This document shows positions 29,701-44,700 of a stretch of DNA of 64,000 nt, in pieces. Origin of the DNA: Octopus sinensis (taxonomy: Eukaryota); NCBI RefSeq assembly GCF_006345805.1, contig NC_042999.1:89776001-89840000 (forward strand). Reading direction: 5' to 3'. Within the stretch, counting starts at the first letter, position 1; the number at the start of each line of letters is the position of its first letter. The notes under the pieces were generated by a model. The model was not told where the DNA came from. It did no database searches and saw only the letters and a program-made list of their open reading frames with translations. Both the position numbers and the translations under genes were made by a program.

Positions 29701-32700
29701 CTCATCTCAACGTTACATGACAGTTGCAAACAAGTGTTAGTGTCAAGCAAATGGGGCCCTTCATTTCCAATCTTCCATGAAAATATGTTTGGCATGTGGA
29801 ACTGTTACCTTCTTTGGAAACAGGTGAGGGTTAACAACAGGAAGGAGATCTAGCCATAGAAAATCTACTTCAGTGAATTTCACTCAACTCCTGCGAGCAC
29901 AGACAATTGGACTTTATAAATTCTTAATAAAAAAAGTAAAACTTCAATACAGTCAGTTGCATTTTTAAGAATGTGTGTGTGTGTGTGTGTGCATGCATGT
30001 GTATGTGTAGCATTTTATATATATGTTTTGTGATAGTTGTTACCTCCAATCTATGGTTTTGCACCAAGATCCTAATATTTGGACACAGTGATTTTAAATG
30101 GATTTTTTGAATATCCAACAAAGCAGGAAACAAGATGGCTTGATATGTCAAGTGATGTTAGAGTTTGATGTTTTTGCTGTCTTGTTTTAAGATAACAAAG
30201 TAATGGGGACCAATTCAGGAACTGTCTTTTTTTTTTTGAGAAGTAAATCATTGTCAATTTTCAGTTGCAGTGCTTTTGATCAAGTGACTGGTTACACAGG
30301 GCAATTATTCATGCACGAGTGACTCAAAGGAAATAACCCAGTGTTTCAGCGATTGTAATTATCTCCTCTTCGATCTACTCTGTTAGTACATTGTTGGAGG
30401 ATTTATTGTGATATATAGTATTTCTGAACAAAGGAGTTTTGTAACTGACTTCTCTATTATTCATGTTCTGTTATTGATAATCAAAGAGAGTAATTACTTT
30501 ACCACACAAGTTATGCTACAAGAAAAGAACAAAGCACAATAGTAAAAAACACTCACTAAACACCTTGCGCCTGTGATTTATTATATAAAATGCAATGTGG
30601 CAATATAGTCATTTTGCATTTTCTCCACTAGTCAGTCTATTACTGTTTGCAGGTTCTGGTGCTGGCCACAATAGAAGTGATCAAGGTGTTCTCAGGTGAA
30701 ATATGACAACTGTTCCCTTTCATTTATCATTGGTTGTGTGCATTCCTCTCAGTTGGACTGAGTGGGATTGCTGGTCTCTTTGTGGGTGATTCAGCATACA
30801 AGCCATAGGGACTGTGTCAGTTGGTAGTTACTATAACAAGAAACTGTATCCTTTGAATATACAGTCCTTCATTTTTGATATTCTACAGAAAATAAAATAC
30901 CACCTGGACACTTGAGATGTATATGTGGAAAATAAAATTCTCAGTAAAGTGGATTTCCTCAAATGCTACCCACTCACGTAAACAGACCATTTTACAGCTA
31001 CAATTAATATGTGCTCTTCATATTATTTCTGTTTCTGAGTTAAATTGATATTACTATATTTTTCCCTAGAATTTATCAAAGGATTCAAACTGAACAACCC
31101 GATGCTGTAGCTTCTCAAAGACAGACTATTACAAAGTAATTATTCCATCATTGAACATTTTCTTAATTCTTATATTAACATGCTTTCTTTTCTAATTTCA
31201 TTTTAACTCATAATAAAGTTACAACTTATAGCACTTCTTACAACTGAATAAAATTCACTACACACACACACTGTATTATTAAAGCTGCAGAAGCTTCACA
31301 AAAATATCACAAAAAAAACTGTTACTCAGAGTTTCACGTTTCTGTTCATCAGACAGTTGTGATCAAGATGAACAGGAACAGGAAACTCTGAGTAGCAGTT
31401 TTTGTGATATTTTTGTTATGATTTTGCAGTGTTTAATAATAAAGCACATTACTCTACCTCTGGTATTCAAGTACTATTTTTTTCCCACCTTGTTTCACAT
31501 TTATGTAATTACTTGGGTGTATGTATGATTAAGCTTAAAGATGAGTTAATGTCTTTCTTCCTTAGGCCCATAATTCTTTGAGGTGGAACTAGCTCAAGCC
31601 ATTCCTGTATCTGCTCAATCAGGGCACATAGTTATTTCTATTTTTTCATCAGTAAACTAGATACATAAATTGCAGGATTAACAATCTTTTATTTTTGTTT
31701 TTGCATCATTATTTTTGTTTTTGCTTCTTAATATCTTTTCCACAATTTTCTAGACAGTTTAACTAAATCTTGGTCCTGCATCTAAATAGAAATATCTTTT
31801 AGATTTATTTAAAGGAAGATGAATTATGATAAAATATGAACTTTTAGAAGATTATGAAGCTTAAAATATCCTAAAATGTTCCTTTGATTTTAAAATAATA
31901 ATTTGTTTTGCAGAATTTGTTGTGAATTAGCTAAACATACATTTGTGATGCAGGAGAGTGACAGAGCAATGTCATTCTATAACGAAGCGCTTACTTTTAA
32001 TGATGGAGATGTGGAGGTATGTCTGAAAAGCTTTCTATTTGTGATTTTAGATGAGACAGAACTTCAACACACACACACCCACACATTCACACAAGCACAC
32101 CATGTGTTTCTAAATTTACAATTGTGAATGTAATTCATTTATTTACTTTATGTTATTGCTATTCTCATATAAGTGGGGATATTAGTACTTTCATTTAATA
32201 TCAAGAGCAAGGATGTCTGTCTGGTTAAGAAGCTTGCACAATGGCCACACAGTTTTGGGTATCCCAAGTGTCTTCCATCTTGGCTTTAAATTCACCAATA
32301 CCATGTAAGGGAAATCTGAGAGAGAAAACTGTGTGGAAGTTTGCCCTATATATATATTGTGTGTGTTTGTTGACTTTATGTCTCTTACTAATGCTAGTGA
32401 AGGATATAGACATCACCAAGAAAAGTCACTCACACTTCACCAATACAGTGACATAGTGATTGGTTTGTTGGAATCTTTGCAATCACATTTCCCAAAATAT
32501 AAAATACAAAAATTTTATAATTTGATAGATTGGTGTTTGGAAGAACCTGTGATTGTCTTTGATAAATTGAGAACTATTGTTCTTTGTCCTTCAATATAAC
32601 TATGTAACTTAGTAATGTTTCATTTTCCAAACTACCTTCTTTTTAGACAGGATTGTAACCTATGTGATCTTGTTGTTTGTAGTTTCTTTACCTTAGAACA

Positions 32701-35700
32701 TTCATCTTCTCTTGCACCCATGGTAACATCTGTTGTTTTATTTATATTAATCCAACTTTGTGTGGTTCTAAATCTGCTTTTCAAATTGCTGACCATTTCA
32801 CCTGTATCTCCAGGATTTTGTACAATATTTATTATACAAAATGCTTAGTTCATAATGCTTTACACTCAGGGGAAAATGGTCCACTGATTAACAGATTCAG
32901 AGAGCACCTGTTTAATGTGCAACACTATAATCTAGACCACATAAACCTGCTGAATAATCACCACTTCTTGTCGTTGGTTTACTCCAGCATCAAGGTTTCT
33001 CTTTCACTAGGCTTTTTTGTGAAAAGTGACTGATTTTCTTTCTGTGTGTTTTCTTCCTCTAGTGTCCACGACCATTTATTTTCCATCATATCTTTTTTTC
33101 TCATTTCTTTTTATAACTACATACTCATTTTCTTTAAACTCCCTCACCACTACACACATGTCTACATATGCTATGATCAACTCTGCCACTGCTAGTTTTT
33201 TTTCCTTTTTTTATGTTATAACACTGTTTAACAAAATTTTGATTTTTCTTGTTTTTTTGTATTTAGTCAGTATGTGCTATTTCCTATTTGCTTCTATCTA
33301 GAAATCAATGGAAATGACTGCTGTTCCCTTCAAACTTTGCTTTTGTAACCTGGACATCAATGTTTTGAAACTGACCTATTTTCCATTACATTTCAGACAG
33401 ATTCAGTGCTGAGTTGCTGAAGCAGTAATATCATTATAGCAAATATTCTGCTCAGTACCACAGATTTGCTTGTCAGTTACTTGACCTTAACCACTTGAGC
33501 ATGTTGCTTAGTGGCTGACAATATGTGCTTCTCTGAGCAAGAGTAATGGGGAAGAATCATAGCTATGTGTTGAGAAGTTTTGAATAAATGTAACAAAAGC
33601 AAAGTTTGAAGGAAATGTTAGCCATTTTTCATACTTTCTAGAAGTAAACAAATAGGAAATAACTGTTGTTACCCAGGGACAAAAATCATGTTATATAGTG
33701 TAATCAACATTTCTACACACCATCCATCTCTCCTGTCTTCTACTCAGATATCACATGCTCATCTACCCATTCCTTCATCATTACCATATTCCTAAGATTA
33801 AAATAATTTTTTTCCTTGTTTGTTATCTTTCTTTGTTCTGATAAAAGCCTATACCCAAAACTGCAATAGGTTTCCATCATAACAAAATGCATTGAGTTTA
33901 CATTTATTTTTCATGAGAAAATGAAAGAAAAAGGAAATGAAAATAGCTTCTATATATTACAAAAAACCTTTATATTTCAGGCACAAAATCCTATCTTCGG
34001 AAGGAAGCAATCCAAGAAATGTGTATTCACACCAATCTCTGCATTGTTAGAGGCTTTCTTTATTTCCCTTTTCATTTTCTATTTCTGTACTACACTGCTT
34101 CAAGCGAACTACAATGTAGTTATCTTTAATTATTTTTATTACTTTTCATGTTTAGCTTTTTAGCTTTGTGGGTAGATGTTAAAAGTTCTTGAAAGAGTAC
34201 CTTCTGTTATACTAAACTATTGCTTTATCTCTATTATAAACTGATTGTATGTATGTACTAGTATGTACTGGCTGTAACTTCTGAAAATTCTTTATTTATG
34301 TAGGCTATGCTGGAGTTAGCTAAAGTTTATCTTATGTCTGGAGACTTGGACAGCTGTCAATCACAGTGCTTATCATTGTTAAAAAAAGACAAGGACAATG
34401 TTGCAGCAACTATGGTGAGTCTTTATATTCTGTTAATTTTGGGTCATTTGGAGGAATTAGAAGATCAGTGACATTAAAACTGTATGTGGTGTTTGTGGCA
34501 ATACTGATACATAAACATCACCTAATACAACAGTAATATAAGCAAAAAAAAAAAATTAAGATTTCCATTTTATTAGTTGAAGGATTTATATTAGGACTTT
34601 TCATGTATGCAGGCATGATTGAAACCATGTGGTTGAGAACTTCACTTTTCAACTGCATGGTTTTGGGTTCAGTTCCACTGTGTGTCATCTTGGACAGAAA
34701 CTGAAAGGAGGCTGTTGTGTGTGTCTTATCTTGACCTGTTACTTGTAAATGAGTGCCACCATCACTCATGTGGTGTCATTCATTTCTAATCCTCTGCAAA
34801 AATATGTCTAGCCATGGAGAAAAATTTCACCTTACTTAAAAAAATCAAGGACATCCAGTCAGAGAAAATCTGCAAGCATAGAAAAGTGGACATTGAACGA
34901 TGTGTATATTTCTCTTCAGTGCCTCAGATTGATCCCCATGTCTAACATAAGCCAAAATCCTGGATGAGTACTATCAACAGATTTGATGAAACAGACCTAA
35001 TGTTGGTAAAGAAATAATGTGTTGATAAATAAAAATAATTAAAATAGTCAGTCAGTGATACAATAATTAAGCATAAGATATCTATGGATAACACAGTGGT
35101 AACTTTCATCTTTCTGTACCACAATCAGGGCTGGCAAATGAACAGGGGGACCACTTTTGTGACTGTTCTGCTGACCACTTTCATTACAAATGACACTGGT
35201 TTCATTGTTACAGCTGGCAATTTTAGCAGACATGTTGAGCAAAACCTTGATGGCATCTTCTGTGTACATAGGGGTCAATGGATATGGTTTAAGAAATGAG
35301 GAGTAATCAAAGTTCTTGAAGATCTATGACCCAACTACTGTAATTATTTTCAACACAAGCTTCAGAAAACCAACCAGCAACTAACTAACCAGATGAACAC
35401 ACGAACTACATACATTTCATATGTGCCAGGAAACAAAATAGACAGGTGGTTGAAACTGCTATGTCTTACCCTGTTGGTGAACAATATACTACATAACATA
35501 CACTAGTATTAGTGACTAAAGATTAAGAATTATGTGGACTCAGAGGCTCAAATCCATCTGAAGATGAAAGCATAGAAGCTGAAAGATCCTTTGACTGGTT
35601 CTAAAAATGATTTAATGCATATGATAGGAAGGAGAATGAGATAAAGATTTATAACAGAGAGGAAAACTGGAAGTTTCCATATTCAACTGACCAGATCAAT

Positions 35701-38700
35701 GATTAATGTAAGTTCCTACAAGACACAAAATAACAGGATGGTAGAATAGTTCTGTAGATAGAACCATAAAAAGCAAAGAAGCAAACTTGAAAAAACCAGA
35801 AAAGTGAGGGGTGCCAAAATTATCAAATAGCAATGTGACGAGTACTTAGCAAGTGGGAATCTGAAAGTTAGAAGAATGGGAACATGTTCAGCAATGTGAA
35901 GATCAGAGGTATGAGATGGTCTTGATAGCAAGGTAGTGTACTATAGAGAGAGACTCAAGGGATAATTGTGTATGAAATGATAACACACTACACTTATCAT
36001 TATTGATGCTAAAAGGATAAAGAAATGAAAATGCTATTATGAGAGGTTATTTAATAAGGAGAATGCATTGGAGGAAGAAAGTCTACTTGAGTTGACCCAA
36101 CAGAAAGACCAGCCGTTAATGTTGATGGCAGTATGGTCACAAACACAAGAATATAAAGACAGAGAAAATAACTGGACTATCACTGACATGCTGAAAATAT
36201 TTAGCAAAGTAGAGCATGTGCCATCTCTTGAATAGTCAATCAGGTAATAGGAAAGTACCATACTCTAAGACTGGAGTAGCACTAATAGCATCAACTGCTA
36301 TTTGGGAAAAGGAAATACATTACAGAATGACAATTACAGAAGCATCAAATAGTTGGACTAAGTTATGAAAATTATGAAGAGTTATAGCACACTTAGTTAG
36401 GAACAGAATTACTCTAGAAGAGATGCAGTTAGGCCAATTTGTTTTCACTTGGAGTTATGCAATAGGGGCAACTCTATAGTAAAGACTTTAGTTTGTTTCA
36501 GAAGTAACATGTGTGTATGACATTGAGAAACCATAACAGCAAAATATGTATCTTGTTGCTCTCACAGTCACTTCTAGGGTGATTTCATTTTGCCTAGCTC
36601 TTAAGTATATTGTTTTCTTACACAATACATCTATAAAGTGATTTTTCCCAAGAAAAATCCACAGCTTTTGGCATTTCAACAGCACATACTTTAAGTAAGT
36701 TATATTGATAGAGATTTTGTTATGGAGCTGCTTCTGTTGCATAATTCAAGCATGACATACTTTGAAAAATGAATTTAATTAAATGTAAATGTGATGGTTT
36801 TATTTCATTTTTTAACATTTCAGATGCTTTCAAATGTATATTTTTATAAAAATTCCTTTGAAGAGGCCATCAAACATTATAAGCAGCTGCTGGAGAAGAA
36901 ACCAGGTGAGACTACATATTTAACTTTGCAATAGTATTAAAACAAGAAGTTGAGCCTATAAGAAAACGTTCATGTAGCTACTCAAACTGTTAGAAAAGCA
37001 GTCAAATCTCCATGGGCACATGTTGGTTTCGTTTGAATAAAAGACAAAATGTCTTTCATCATAAATTTCCTCAAATAGGGATGATCAAGGGCTCAGCAAT
37101 GATAAAATACTAGAGTGTCAAGACAATGAATACAGTAACTTGACCTGCTAGAAATAGTATATATCTCTCAAATACACTTTCACTCTTTTGCTAAAGCAAG
37201 GAAAACACTTGCACTTTTTCATAGGAGGCCATTTATAAATGTAAAAAGTAAATGTAAAGTAAGAATAAAATTTGCAGACATTTAAAAGATAACAAGAAAA
37301 TGAAATACAACACATACTGATTTACTGTCTAATGCTTCTTTGTATTCAGGCTTTGTTAAATTAAGTGTTCACATTATCAAAAATACAGTGAAAGTTTCTC
37401 TTCTTCCAAAAAAGTGAAGATATTTCCCTAGAAAATGAAATTATGAGTGAACAAAAGTATTCAATCATAATAATAAAATGAATAGTGGATAGTAGGTTAT
37501 TGGCTGGATACAATACAGTGTTCAGTACAATGAAAGCATATTGACCTGGTTTTTAAGATAACCTTTGCCTAAGTTAAGGTAACCAAGGTACATCCTATCA
37601 CTAGGGCACCCTTACAATTTAGATTTGTGCCCAAGAAAAGAAAATATAATTCTGTGGTTACTCATCAAAGGAATTATACAGACCTTTGCAATATCTAAAA
37701 GTTTTCTAAAATTAAATTATTTAAAATATTTAATTTCTTTCCTTTCTCTTGTTGTTTAATTCCAGCTTAGCTGAACTAGTTTAATTAATAGTTTAATTCT
37801 AGGTTAGCCTGTTTATATCTTTGATCAAAAGTCTAAAATAAATATTTGTTAAATTTTTGCAGATAATTATGAAGTTCTTGCTAAACTTATTGATGCTATG
37901 AAATGCAATGGGCAACTTGATGAAGTGCCAAAGTTCCTGGAGTCTATAAAAGAGGCTTTGACATGTGCGAAAATGGAAGCTGGTTACTATTTTTGTCATG
38001 GTCTGTATAATCGGTAAGAAGTGTCAGCACTTATAATGATTTACTGTGCTACATGTTGTGATTTTTCTGGAATCTAGCTAAAAGAACTTTCTTTCCTCTT
38101 TTCCCTTGTTGGCATGAGTTAGATGACACTTGATAGAGCAGTCCTCTACTGCTGGATGCCTTTCTTGTTTTCAAGTAAGGTACTTTTATCTATTGGTGTT
38201 TGTTAAACCACTAAGTTGCAAGACATGTGAAACATAAACAAATGTCACTGCTGCCCAAGCATTCTCAGTGCAAAAGAAAATGGCACCAAACACATAACAC
38301 ATACACATGTCCATATATATGTGTATGTGATGTTACTTGATGATCAAACTTGTGCAGGTATCTTGAAAAACACACCCAGTATATTCTGTAAAACGGTTGA
38401 CATTAGCAAATGCATCCAGTTGCAGAAACTATGCCAGAACAGTCCTCTTGTTCATTGGATCCTGTCAAACCATCCAGCCTATTCCAACATGGAAGACAGA
38501 CTTATTTATATAAGAACAGTCATCATCATTTAACATCCACTTTTCATAGGTTGTGCAGTGAGATAGGATCCTGCAGTTCAGAGAATAAGACTGAGTCTGA
38601 ACCAAAACCATGTGGCTGGGAAGCAAACAGCTTAGCTATGCAACCAAATGTCTATTGCTTTAGAATTGACTATTATAAATAACTATCTTAATAAAGTATC

Positions 38701-41700
38701 ACCTGTTACTAAAACTGCTGCTTTCTGGTCCCTATTTTCAGATTAATCAGTTCTTCAACAATTGCTTTAAAAAGCTTCAACATGGCTCGCAAGGATACAA
38801 CATGGAGTAATTCTGCCCTTTATAACATGGTAGAGATATGCCTTAATCCTGACAGTGAAACAATCGGAGGAGAAGTCTTTGAGTCGGTGGATAATAGTGA
38901 TGGGTTAGACTCTTTTTATATGTTCCTTGTTAACTAAATGTTTTCTTTCTTTGTTCTTTGTGCTGAAAAGGTTAAGATTACAAAGTATTGGCAATAAGAA
39001 TTCTGATGTTATGATTCATTATTTCACACATTTGTGAATGTTAATCTGTGATTTAAGAAAGGTAGAAATACAATTTTTATCAAACAAGGGGCTGATATTC
39101 TTAGAACAAGGTAAACTGGGAATACAGATGTGAATACAGAAATTGCACCATCTCCTCTTAAATTACTGCAAAGAATATTGGTAAAGGATTGGCACTTATG
39201 AAGTTCTGCAAGCTTTCACTGAAAACAACCTTAATTGTGGATATAACATAAAAAAAAATTGCAAGAGGAATTTACAATAAACACAGTTCCTACACTGAGT
39301 TGCATAAAGTGATATACATCATCAAAATTTAACATCAGTTTTCCATGCTGGTATTTGCTGGATGGTTCAACAGGAGCTGATGAACCAAAGGACTGCATCA
39401 AACTCCATTTTCTACTTTGGCATGGTTTCTATGGTTTGATGCCCTTCCTAATGCCAACCACTTTACAGAATGTACTGGCTGTTTTCTATGTGGTACTAGT
39501 GTGCTTATCAAGTAACTTGTGAATAAAAGCCATCAACTGAGTGGGTGTAGTACTGAGAGAGGTGGCTTTGTGCCAGGAGATAAGAAGATAAAATGAGATA
39601 GACAGGTATAGGTGTCTTTCTGTAGGGGTGGTACATTGTTACTTTTAAGGCAGCGAGCTGGCGGAATCGTTAGCATGCCGGGCGAAATGCTAGCGGTAAT
39701 TCGTCTGCCGTTACGTTCTGAGCTCAAATTTCACCAAGATCGACTTTGCCTTTCATCCTTTCGGGGTCGATTAAATAAGTACCAGTTATGCACTGGGGTC
39801 AATATAATCGACTTAATCCGTTTGTCCTTGTTTGTCCTCTCTGTGTTTAGCTCCTTGTGGGTAGTAAAGAAATAGGTATTTCATCTGCTGCTACGTTCCG
39901 AGTTCAAATTCTGCCGAGGTCAACTTTGCCTTTCATCCTTTCGGGGTCAATTAAATAAGTACCAGTTACGCACTGGGGTCGATATAATCGACTTAATCCG
40001 TTTGTCTGTCCTTGTTTGTCCTCTCTTTGTTTAGCCTTGTGGGTAGTAAAGAAATAGGTACATGGTTATTCCTGTTGAAAAAGAGAGATAGTGGTGAAGA
40101 TGTATCAGAGCATACCCTCAAATTACAGGAAAGTGAACAGAAGAGAAATGATAGTGAGGATTAGAAAGGGTGAATGTATAGATATCATTTGGGGACATAA
40201 CAATGGCTGTATTGTTTTTTAGCATTATCCAAAAATATCTACTGCAAATACATCACTTTACATAAAAATCAATTGAAAAGTAAATTTTGCATTACAGGAT
40301 TTCATGTTACAGTAAGTTTTTCAAGAACATACTACTTCCATAACTTGGAGAAAGAGGCAGATTCCTGTGCTTTAATAAACAACAGATTTGAATTTCTTAA
40401 TAAAGATTTCTATGCTGAGTACTATAAACTGTTCTTTGTATATGGTGACTGGATAGTATCATAAATATATTTTGTTCAATTTATATCTTAAGAAAATTAG
40501 AGAAACATTACATTCCCTTTTTTCTTTTGTTAGTTATGATCAGCAGAGAACAAACAATGAGCGGGTGGCTCTCAGGACTGCTGAAAAGCTGCTGAAGGTA
40601 AGATGTATTATGTTTTTTATCCTCACTGGCATCATAACTATCATCCCTCCCACCAGCACCATCATAATAATTATAATTGCAACAGTTACTTTATGGTAAT
40701 TAAAAATATGCTTGACACAACTGTCTTTAGCTACTCCCTAACTCTCACTTATAACTTAAATATTTGTCTGAAATGTCACATGACAGTCCTTTTGACACTA
40801 AAATTACAAAAATCGAATGTTCCTGTGAAAACTTTTCTCGTGTGCAACTTTTGCCTTTTTTGCTATCGATTTTTCTCTGAGAAGCAGTATCTCTAGGCAT
40901 CGGTAATGCAGCAGTGACCTGCCTGGGTAAATTTGCCATTTAATAAAAAAAATTTCATCAAAATTGGATGAAAAATGTGAAAACACATAAAAAGCATACA
41001 CACAGACATTTTGAGTTTTATAGATATAGATAGATGGGAATGGGATTGAGAATGGTAGCAGATAGATGAGATGTTAAACATGAAGTATGGCAGTTCTAAG
41101 ATTTGGCTCAGAGATGGGGAGAGATTACTGAAGGTGCAGAAAGTCGGGTGTTCAGTGAAAATATCACAATGATCAACATTATGCAAAAATCTGTGTTAAC
41201 TAGGACTGCTAACAAGCTCAGAAAAATTGGCTGGGGTTGGGGTCTAAAATTTCTCAATCTAATTGAAAATGTAGAATAATTAGTAATTATTTCCAATGAA
41301 AAACGTTATATTTAAATTTTTGTTAGATCCCTTTTATGAATTCTCTTAAATATATTCAACAGAGCCATAGATTTTGTTAAGATTAAATTTATAAAATTAC
41401 TTTGTTGCTTAATTTTTTAGTGAAAGTATTTCTTACACATTTTCCTTTTCTATTTTTCATAACTTTCTGCATAAAATATTTACAAATTTTTCTACTAACT
41501 ATTAAAAATCTTATTGATTATTCCAGGAAATGGTATTTATCTTTAACAAATTTTATTAAAAATACATCTTTTAATCTTATAACATCAAAGATTTGATGTA
41601 GTGTGAAAATTTTTAACAAACAGAAGATTCAGCTGAGCATTAGAATAAAAAAGATAGAGATGTGAAATAAAACGAACTGTAAACAGATGTAAATGTTACA

Positions 41701-44700
41701 TTTTCCAGAAATTCTAAGTACCCCTTTTATCTATTGAGTAGGAGGTGAAGCCACAGGAAGATAACACACAATTACAGATAATGAAGAACATGGTGCTTGT
41801 GAGTACCAAAAATAAAGCAAATGTCGAGAAAGCTTTGATGAATTTCATGGAAATTGTCTCTACCTATGTAAGTTATGTATTTACATTGTTAGGTTATTTA
41901 TTGTTATATTATCAGATGAGATAATTTCATGCATTCTTTAAATCTTTGAAATATATTGACTATTCTTAAGTGGCCAAAAGGAAGGACATATTTATAATAA
42001 AACCCAACACCTAATGTTGGTGCAGGCATAGCTGTGTGATTAAGAAGTTTGCTTTCTAACCACTATGTGGAAACTTGGGCAAGTGTCTTCTACTATAGCC
42101 ATGGGCTGACAAAAGCCTTGTGAGTGGATTTGATGAGCAGAACTGAAAAAAGCCCATTGTTTGTCCTTAATTTTCTTCTTTTTCTTTTGCTGCACTTGTA
42201 AACCAATTGTGACAAATCTTCGCCTCCAGTAACAGAGCATTCACTATATTTTTGTTTTCTATGTGTGCCATCCCTGAAGAGCACATGTATCAGATAGCCA
42301 TGTTGTTATCTAATATCTGGTGCAAAACCAATTGGTAAGATCAACTGTAGTGGATTTATAATATTGTATTTTTTTATTGTGGAAGCACATGGTCGAGTGG
42401 TTAGAGCAACGGACTTGCGGTCAAGGGATCATGGATTCAAATCTCAGACCAGGCAATGTGTGTGTTTATGAGTGAAACACCTAAGCTCCACATGGCTCTG
42501 GCAGAAGGTAATGGTGAACTGCTGACTCTTTCACCTCAACTTTCTCTCACTCTTTCCTCCTGCATCTAGCAGCTCACCTGTGACAGACTGGCATGGGGAA
42601 CCTATACTCCAGTGAAACCAGCCCTTATGAGCCTGACATGGCTCAAGAAGGAACAAACAACAACATTCTTTGATTAACCCACACGTGTGTGTGTGTGTGT
42701 GTGTGTGTGTCCTTGTCATAATCAGATGATTGTTTTAGATGAATGCCTTTCATTTCCAGTGTTATGCAAAATATATTACTAGCTATGGGGAAATATTACC
42801 TTGCTAGGAAACAGGTAAAGGTCAGTGACAGGAAGAGCATTGACCATTGAAAATATGTTTCCAATAAGTTCCACCTGACCCATACAAGAATGAAAAAGTG
42901 GTTATTAAAACAATGATGAATTTGTTGACTCAGTTTTATTTTATTTATTTTTTGTTTAGAGAGAACCATGATTAATATTTGGATTCTTAAACCTTAATCA
43001 TTTTCCTACAAGATAGATCTTTTAAAAGCAAGATGTTTGACATTTTAAATCAAATTGTCATTTCACATACAGCATTGTTTAAAAACTTTCCTACAAGCTC
43101 AAAATTTTTTTAATATAGGTAAGCTACCTGACATAATTTTACAAAATAGGCATCAGCTAGGCATTACATCTAAGGAATGTAAAGAGTAGCATATTTGTTA
43201 AATAGTTTATTCTGGATTACCTGTGCCATGAAAGACTTCTTGTTGTCTGTTTAAATATTTAGATTTGGAAATAAACTGAAATTTAAAGGTGGTACAGTAG
43301 CAATAATAAACATTTATCACATTTTGAACATTCTAAAATTAGATTAGTGATAAAAAAGCAGTGATAAACAAATTGATTCTTTAATACAGCTATTGAGTAA
43401 TTTTAGTCAGATCTATCTATGAACCTATGGTTCATATGAAATCCATTATCTCAGATTGTGTAATTTGCTAATTTAATGAAAGCATAAATGAAGTATTTTG
43501 ATGTTTTGATGAGTTATCAGACTATTAACCTCATCTTAAGTGTTGAACAATTTGTTTTGATCAGGTGTCTTTTTTTAGAATGCATACAAAGTACCAGATA
43601 TGGTTATCAAGTATCTTATTTCTGCACTGTACTCTTGTGTGCTCTTGTTTTGACATCATGTGATGGTTGTAAGCATGCATCAGTGTCATACAGGTGATGT
43701 TGTTCATTTCCAGTCTTCTGTGGCAAAAACATTTCAGGCCAGAGGAAAATATTCCCTTACATGGAAACAGGTAAGGACTGGCAACAGGAAAGGCAACTAG
43801 AAAATCTACCTCAATAAATTCCATCTGACCCATGTGAGTAAGGAGCAGTAGATGGTGATGATGATATTCCACAAGGTACATCTGATGTACGAGATGATAA
43901 TCATCATCAAATGCCTTATTACTGAATGTGGGAATTCTATCAGACTGAATTCTATGCAAGAAACTTTATTTCTAAACCATGGGTAATAACACTTTTCTAT
44001 AAGTAAATGAGTCTATGCAATTCATAATTTCCTATAGCACTTGGTTCTTGACAGAGCCTATTATTTTGTATGTTGCAAACAGTTTTCTCTTCATTTACTT
44101 TGAGAAAGGTATGCATGTCAGCTCTAACTCTAATTAGTATGAATATATGGAAATTATTTTACAAGACTATATATGTTTTCTTATTAATATTCAATTCATT
44201 TTCTGTATTGTTTTTTTTCTTTCACTTGTTTCAGTCATACGTAAAAAGCATCAACTGATCGTGGCCGTTTGCCAGCCTCCTCTGGCCCCTGTGCTGGTGG
44301 CACGTAAAAAGCACCCCCTACACTCACAGAGTGGTTGGCATTAGGAAGGGCATCCAGCTGTAGAAACACTGTCAAATCAGACTGCAGCCTCCTGGCTTCC
44401 CAGACCCCGGTCAAACTGTCCAATCCATGCTAGCATGGAAAACAGACGTTAAACGATGATGATGATGATATAGTCTTGTAAAATAATTTCCACCTTGAAG
44501 AATTTTTAATTGAACAAATCAACCTCAGGACTTTTTTTTTAAGCCTGGTACTTATTCTACTGTTTTATTTTGTTTTGTTTTTTTTGTCGAACCATTAAGT
44601 TACAGGAACATAAACAAACCAACACCAGCTGTCAGGTGGTGGCGGAACACACATATATGTATCATCAGAAAATCATAAATACGAAAATGAAGCACACTCT

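Noticed and set aside
42380-42460. tRNA-like sequences (also 29510, 39649, 49720, 61588)
   Set aside because: A/B boxes are present but there is no complete cloverleaf, and they continue into SINE bodies, so they are SINE heads and not tRNA genes.
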